Source: Octopus sinensis (lineage: Eukaryota). Taken from it: 56,884 nt of DNA. The stretch covers positions 1-56,884 of the forward strand of contig NW_021833661.1 in assembly GCF_006345805.1 (NCBI RefSeq), written 5' to 3'. Shown piece by piece: positions 49,411 through 56,884 of this stretch (position 1 is its first letter; each line of letters begins with the position of its first letter). Position numbers and translations under genes: made by a program. The notes beneath the pieces are model-generated. The model was not told where the DNA came from. It searched no databases and saw only the letters and a program-made list of their open reading frames with translations.

Positions 49411-49805
49411 AGTGGCTGTGTGGTAAGTAGCTTGTTTACCAACCACACGGTTCCGGGTTCAGTCCCACTGCGTGGCACCTTGGGCAAGTGTCTTCTACTA
49501 AAGCCTCGGGCCGACCAAAGCCTTGTGAGTGGATTTGGTAGACGGAAACTGAAAGAAGCCCGTCGTATATATGTATATATATGTATGCGTGTGTGTGTTT
49601 GTGTGTCTGTGTTTGTCCTCCTAGCATTGCTTGACAACCGATGCTGGTGTGTTTATGTCTCCGTTACTTAGCGGTTCGGCAAAAGAGACTGATACAATAA
49701 GTACTGGGCTTACAAAAGAATAAGTCCCGGGGTCGAATTGCTCGATTAAAGGCGGTGCTCCAGCATGGCTGCAGTCAGATGACTGAAACAAGTAAAAGAG
49801 TAAAG
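49411..49805 (+). mobile_element. SINE family B, near full length, TSD
   Basis: agtgatcgag at 49403-49412 and 49806-49815. Confidence 0.9.
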
Positions 49806-50601
49806 AGTGATCGAGATGGAATTGAGAAAACATTCTAAACAGTTAGATGAAGTAGATGACTAACGGTTTGGACAGGGCACATTCACTGAGAAGAGACTAC
49901 TTCTCTGAATAAGAGTTTCTCTTAGGAATGTAGGCGCTATTCACAATATAACTGTAACATCGTATTTCCGATGTTTCATGCTGACTCAGATTGGTGATCA
50001 GACGTTCTTATTCCAAAGAGGTGTACGTCATATGAATGTACAGCTGAGTAGGATAAAATTTAAAATATGTCAACGGTTTCACTCCGACATCCGTTTTCCA
50101 GCCATTTATGTAATATATGCCCTCTGTGACATAGCTGGACATCCGTGGTCAGTTACACAGAACTAATGTCCATTGTTGTCATACTGGACCTCACACAGTA
50201 CATCCTGCATTCCACATTATGTATATCATAATCCCATTTATATATTCTTCATCCGCGCAACACCACATAAATTCCACGGAATAAATTCTTCATCGCATGT
50301 AATACTTCTTGAATCCCATATAACATCTTTAAGTATGTTGTGTCTGGGGAGGGTCATATTGTCTTAATGCTTTGTTATCTAACACACTCATCGGTTCGAT
50401 TTCCATTCATTTATTATTTATAATTTTTCTTCCAAAATTTTCGTTGCTTTTGCTACCGTGTCTTTGAGTATGTTAAGCTAATCTTCAGAATTAACATCGA
50501 TCGTATTAACCTTTTTGAAAAACGATTTGACCAAATCCATGACGAAGCAGTTCCAAACGTGGCAATCCAGTTTTTTTCCCCATTTGTAGCATATCTAAAG
50601 C

Positions 50602-50670
50602 CAGCGTTTCTCAACCGGGGTTCTTCGGAAGCCCAGGGTTCTGCAAAAGGTTTCTAGGGGTTCCCCAAGA
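50602..50670. mobile_element. hAT/Charlie-like terminal fragment
   Basis: Starts CAGCGTTTCTCAACCGGGGTTC; partner end not found. Confidence 0.45.
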
Positions 50671-50787
50671 AAGAGTAAGATAATCTAATGCTAATTTCAT
50701 GATCGTAATATCACTATACACGAACGACATATTACTGGTAATTTTCTAATATAGACATCAGCTGAACTGACCTATTATGTATGGATA

Positions 50788-50831
<44 letters not shown>

Positions 50832-50909
50832 TGTGTGTGTGTGTTTGATTTTATATATATATGTGATTATAACACCTGTTACTTTGTAAGATTGAAAAAC
50901 AGTCAGGAG

Positions 50910-51083
50910 GAGGAGTCGATACCATCGATCCCAGTATTGGACTGGTACCTTATTCGGTTGGCTCGGAGTGAGAAAAAGCAAAGCTGACCGCGGCGGGATT
51001 TGAACTCGGAGCATAAAGAGTCGGAAGAAATACCGCAAAGCTTATTTGTACGACGCTCTGACGACTCTGCCAGCTCGCTGCTT
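50910..51083 (-). mobile_element. SINE family A, diverged
   Basis: gcaaagctgaccgcggcgggatttgaactc ... gactctgccagctcgctgc. Confidence 0.75.
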
Positions 51084-51191
51084 TCCTTGGGTCGGTCGTA
51101 TACGTTTTTCTAGATTCACAGGAACAATAGCTGCGAGAACTGTGAGCTATGACCACCCGTGTGAGGGGTGTGTGTCATGTAATGGAAACAA

Positions 51192-51498
51192 TCTTTTACT
51201 CTTTTACGCGTTTCAGTCATCTGGCTGCGGCTATGCTGGAGCATCGCCTTTAGTCGAACAAATCGACCCCAGGACTTATTCTTTGTAAGCCTTGTACTTA
51301 TTCTATCGGTCTGTTTTGCCGAACCGCTATATTTCGGGGACGTAAACACACCAACATTGGTTGTCAAGCGATGGTGGGGAGACAAACACAGACAGAAAGA
51401 CACACACAGACACATATATAAATATATATATACGACAAGCTTCTTTCAGTTTCCGTCTATCAAATCCATCAAAAAGCGTTGATCGAACCGAGGCTATA
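51192..51498 (-). mobile_element. SINE family B lacking its 5' head
   Basis: Reverse complement of the B tail and body up to gaggctata; another B 5' piece lies at 51721-51834. Confidence 0.8.
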
Positions 51499-51668
51499 AT
51501 AGATTGAAAAACAAAGTCTACAACCCACTCAACAAGAACTCACTACTTGAATGGACCATAAATAAAACTTGACATAAACAGGATTTAGATAACCCTATCA
51601 GGTCGTGCTATTAAGTTAGACATGGCCTGGACCAATCTTTGGTCAAAACATATCTACGTTTTATCTAA

Positions 51669-51709
<41 letters not shown>

Positions 51710-52239
51710 TATATATATACAGACGATGGGGTTCTTTCAGTTTCCGTCTACCAAATCCACTGACACGGTTTTGGTCGGACCGAGGCTACAGCAGAAGACA
51801 CTTGCCCAAGGTGCCACACAGTGACACTGAACCCACTATTAGTTATATTTGTGTGTGTGTGTGTGTGTGTGCATTGTCTTGTCGTTATTATTATTGTTGT
51901 ACTTTAACCACAGGTCAGTCCTAAACGAGTTGTTCTACTATCAAGGATCATGATCATTCTGGCTACAACCATATCGTCTTTTTCCTATGTGCAAGAATAA
52001 CTTTAAACCACTTTAACAACAACAATAACAACAACAATAACAACATCCATTCATAAACCCTTATATTCTGTCAGTTCCTCTACGCCCCCTTCTTTCCTTC
52101 TTCTCTTCCTTTCTAATTGTCCCTATGAAAAATAGCGGAATTTGCTGTCCACTCTGAGAATGTCCTATGGACATCAACGGATTTCCGTCGGCGCATTCAT
52201 CTCAGTATATGGTAGCCGTTTAAGAGCTTCCGGGACGGC

Positions 52240-53390
<1,151 letters not shown>

Positions 53391-53493
53391 CACTCCGAGC
53401 CAACCGAATAAGGTACCAGTCCAATACTGGGTTCGATGGTATCGATTCCTCCTCCTGACTGTTTTTTCAATCTTACAAAGTAACAGGTGTTAT
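53391..53493. repeat. Inverted copy of 50869-50970
   Basis: 2 substitutions and 1 indel in about 102 bp; includes SINE A 3' part and its adjacent sequence. Confidence 0.92.
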
Positions 53494-53875
53494 CTAACGT
53501 GCCTTTACACTTTAAGCCAACAGAGAATAATTCAAAGGATATTTAGCTCCCTTTCTAGCAGGCTAAACGACCACATAGAGACTCCTTCATCGGTCTATAA
53601 ATTTCGTTGTCTCACTGCTGTGACCATTTCAATTTGGAATTATGGCAAGTGAACTAAGGACAACGTCGCCAAATGTCTCTTTTCCAAGACGAGGTGTGAT
53701 TTGACTGCAACTTCCAGCAAGGTAAGCAACGGTAAGAGGTCCCACATTGGTTTGTAGATCTGATGTAGTAGCGATTGTAATTGATGCGAAAGAGAATGGA
53801 GCAGAGATACGACCAGACGAACTGCACCTACTTTTTATTTCAATGGAATTTTAGGATATGATTTATTGAAAAAAA

Positions 53876-54114
53876 TCGAGCTTACGATCGTGAGGTTGTG
53901 AGTTCGAATCCCGGACCGGACTGCGTGTTGTGTTCTTGAGCCAAACTGTATTGGCCTTTGCCTTTCCCTTGGATTACACTGGTGGCGTGGAGGCAGGAGG
54001 CTGGTATGCATGGGCGACTGCTGGTCTTCCATAAACAACCTTGCCTGGACTTGTGCCTGGGAGGGTAACTTTCTAGGTGCAATCCCATGGTGTGTCGTGA
54101 CCGAAGGGGGTCTC
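53876..54114 (+). mobile_element. SINE family C, 5'-truncated with internal deletion
   Basis: tcgagcttacgatcgtgaggttgtgagttcgaatcccgg ... gaccgaagggggtctc. Confidence 0.85.
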
Positions 54115-54223
54115 AGACATATATATAAGAGAGGCAGTTCCATCATGCAAATAATAAGTGCCAAATACTTGACTTACATGGGTTGTTTAAATGTCAGAAG
54201 CCGTGATTTCTGTCCGGGAAAAA

Positions 54224-54439
54224 CCCTTTAGCATTCAGATTACTCTGTCAAATATTATGTTTATTCACATTGTTTTAAATTAATCTTGCACTGTCTTGTA
54301 ACTTCGAGATTTCGATAGTGTGGTTGTTTATTTCTAGAATATCGTTATAGAGAAGGTGTGAGCGGCTAGACCTGGATGGTTTGAACATAAAACAGGTACG
54401 ATATCTGGGCCGAATATGGCCAGTTTGGATACTAAGGGG
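54224..54439. mobile_element. piggyBac-like MITE, copy 2
   Basis: Left ccctttagcattc, right gatactaagggg then TTAA (54440-54443); homologous to 7967-8186. Confidence 0.7.
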
Positions 54440-54554
54440 TTAAGGCGTATAGTGTTAAAAAGCACAATAACACAGACAAGCAGATGCGATTTCGTTTCGA
54501 AGTGACAGGAGCACGCAACATTGATAAGCCGCAACAACGGCGAAATATTGTATC

Positions 54555-54670
54555 TTTCAGTCTCTGGTCCACCACACAACCTCTTTCGCGAAGGCCACTA
54601 GACAGATAAACACTGCCTGCCCTTCCCGGCCAAAGGAAGACGAACGGTGAAAATACTGCCTCTCTTTCTA
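54555..54670 (-). mobile_element. Short fragment of the Tx1/L1-like LINE
   Basis: REGQAVFICLVAFAKEVVWWTR; DNA matches 24405-24465. Confidence 0.65.
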
Positions 54671-54916
54671 TGAACATAATGCCGTCTTTGCTATTATTAC
54701 TGTTGTTGTTGTTGTCGTCATCGTTGTTGTGTTGCTGTTGCTTGTCGCTGAAGCTGTTGTGCAATTATTTAAACTTTGAACGACTGAAAATAGCTTTCCA
54801 CCCCTTACACGTGCTGCATCTGTCTTTGTGAGTCAGCTGCCACTGCTCCCTTCAATTTGTTGTCTGCAGAAGACGAATCCATACTTGTAGGGAAAAATGT
54901 ATATTACAAAGCAACT

Positions 54917-55688
54917 TTTTAGAGTAACTGCGGATTTCTCAATAGTTCAGCATAGGTGTTCTCTTTTTCACTGATCTTCAGCTTTATGTTAACATCCGCT
55001 GGGCAGATAATTTCCACAACTGTGCACAGTTTCTTTTCTCTATCCCAAGTTATTATATTAGGTCTGTTGCGCTTACATTTTATTGAGGTCTTCACTGGGA
55101 CATTCCACCAGTATTCCTTTTTATTATGAGTGGCTATGACATCTACCATATTGTGGGTTCTTATTTCTTTGTCCTCGGGATTATCCTTCCGACTTATTTC
55201 ATTATAGAGTGTCCTAGGTACAACATCATGTCTCATCGACAGATAATACCCTGATGACATTTTTGGACAACTGCTTAGGATGTGGGTGATATCTTCAGTG
55301 TGAACTCCACAAAGTCTGCATTGGCTGTCACATCTCTATCCCTTTTGTGCATCAATTGATATTACCTGTTCCTGGATTGCAAACGTGTACCTTTGGCCAT
55401 ATACTCTAGGTTTTCAGACAAACCGTGTTGCTGAAGGAGCTGCCTTCCAAGTCTTATGATGTTAAAAGAAGTTGGCGAAGGGATATGATGCGACATATAA
55501 AGTCATTTTCGATCGATGTTAAGCCTCTTTCACCTTGTTTTCATTTTATGTAGAGGCGGTCTACGTAACTGTCTATGTGAAAATTATGTGTGCTTTTTAG
55601 TATTTTTCAGGTTTTCACATCATGCTTCCAATCAAGCAGCCCAAATGTTGGTATGAGTGCTGGCACTGCAAACACACGGTGGGCTACA
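54917..55688 (-). mobile_element. R4/Dong-like non-LTR retrotransposon fragment, copy 3
   Basis: FAVP.L.PTFG...W, VDRLY...G.RGL, FAIQEQVI, CRLCG..EDITHILSSC, WD.EKK.C.VVEI.CPADVN across frames with stops and deletions; 5' end abuts TACA repeats on the element strand. Confidence 0.88.
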
Positions 55689-55689
55689 T

Positions 55690-55799
55690 ACGTATGTACG
55701 TATGTATGTATGTATGTATGTATGTATGTATGTATGTATGTATGTATGTATGTATGTATGTATGTATGTATCCATGTATTATGAATGTATGTATGTATG

Positions 55800-55831
<32 letters not shown>

Positions 55832-55950
55832 AATGAATGTATGTATGTATGTATCCATGTATGTATGTATGTATGTATGTATGTATGTATGACTATATGC
55901 ATGTATGTATGTATGTACGTATCTATGTATGTATGCATATATATTTGTAT
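55690..55950. repeat. (TATG)n tract
   Basis: Directly visible. Confidence 0.95.
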
Positions 55951-56264
55951 ATATGTGTTTATCGCGTTTAATAATAAACATTTATATTTCGTTTACTAAA
56001 TTAAACAGTTCACTGATTTCTTCAAACTTGAAATATTCAAAACGTTCACACCCATCTGTTGATGACAGAGGTGAACCGTTGAATAATGAGACTGTGGGGT
56101 AAGGGAGCAGGGAATTACTGTTGATTTAGGTGGCGGGGGGCAGTGGTGTTGATGGTGGGAATAACGACGAGGGGCTGTTAGCAATAAAACTGTAATCGCT
56201 GGAGAGCGCGGAGGAGAGGCTAAGAACTGGAATTGGTTGAGGGCTGAAAGATAGCAATGCTGAA

Positions 56265-56800
56265 GCAAGTGGTGGTGGTGGTGGTGGTGGTGGTGGTGGT
56301 GGTGGTGGTGGTGGTGGCGGTGGTGGTGCTGGCGGTGGTTGCGGTGGTGGGTTTGGTGGTGGTGGTGGCAGCGGCGGCGGTGGCGATGGCGGTGGTGGTG
56401 GTTGTGGCGGTGGCGGTGGTGGTGCTGGCGGTGGTAGCGCGGTGGTAGCGCGGTGGTGGTGGTGTTGGTGGTGGTGGTGGTGGTCGTCGTCTTTATGAAT
56501 CTTGTTGATGGTGTTGATTATGGTGGTGGTGTTGGTGGCGTTGAACGTTTCGATGGCTAATGGTATCGGCGGTGTTAGTTAGTGGCAGTGATAATGATGG
56601 TGCGTAGTGGTGGTGGTGGTGGTGGTGAATGGTATCGCCGGTGGTGGTGTCAGTGGTGTCTGCAGGACAGATTCATGGTTGAGGTTTAAGGCTGTTGAGT
56701 GCAGTGGTGGGAATAAGATTGATGATGACGACGACGACGACGACGGTGATGATGATAGTGAGGGGTGCAAGCGGTGTGGGACAGGGTAGAGAGTGGTGAT
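56265..56800. repeat. (GTG/GCG)n and (GAT/GAC)n low-complexity tract
   Basis: Directly visible. Confidence 0.9.
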
Positions 56801-56884
56801 GGTAAAGATGGTGGTCTTATGGTATTTCTGGTGATGTTGCCAGAGTAAATGATGTCGGTGGGCGTGTCACGGTGTTGGAAGAAA

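Overview
Eukaryotic, AT-rich, repeat-saturated DNA. The SINE, LINE and microsatellite mix best fits an octopus (coleoid cephalopod) genome; this is inferred from remembered repeat families, not a search. Nearly all ORFs in the track are microsatellite translations. The only convincing host-gene sequence is one minus-strand exon (ATG at 42550 to a GTAAGT donor below 42209, 114 codons, protein not recognised), so much of 1-42208 may be one long intron. The rest comprises three tRNA-headed SINE families (my labels A, B, C), a short retroposon-like family D, dead fragments of R4/Dong-like, RTE and Tx1/L1-like LINEs, Penelope-type pieces with hammerhead-ribozyme-like motifs, several MITEs (two with near-perfect 100-109 bp inverted arms), a non-autonomous Helitron and three minisatellites. 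No intact transposon ORF, tRNA/rRNA gene or CRISPR array is supported, and I cannot claim a new biological system. The best leads are the hammerhead-like motifs, apparent (TACA)n targeting by the R4-like LINE, trinucleotide tracts growing from family D tails, the young foldback MITEs and the orphan exon. Boundaries of diverged repeats are approximate.
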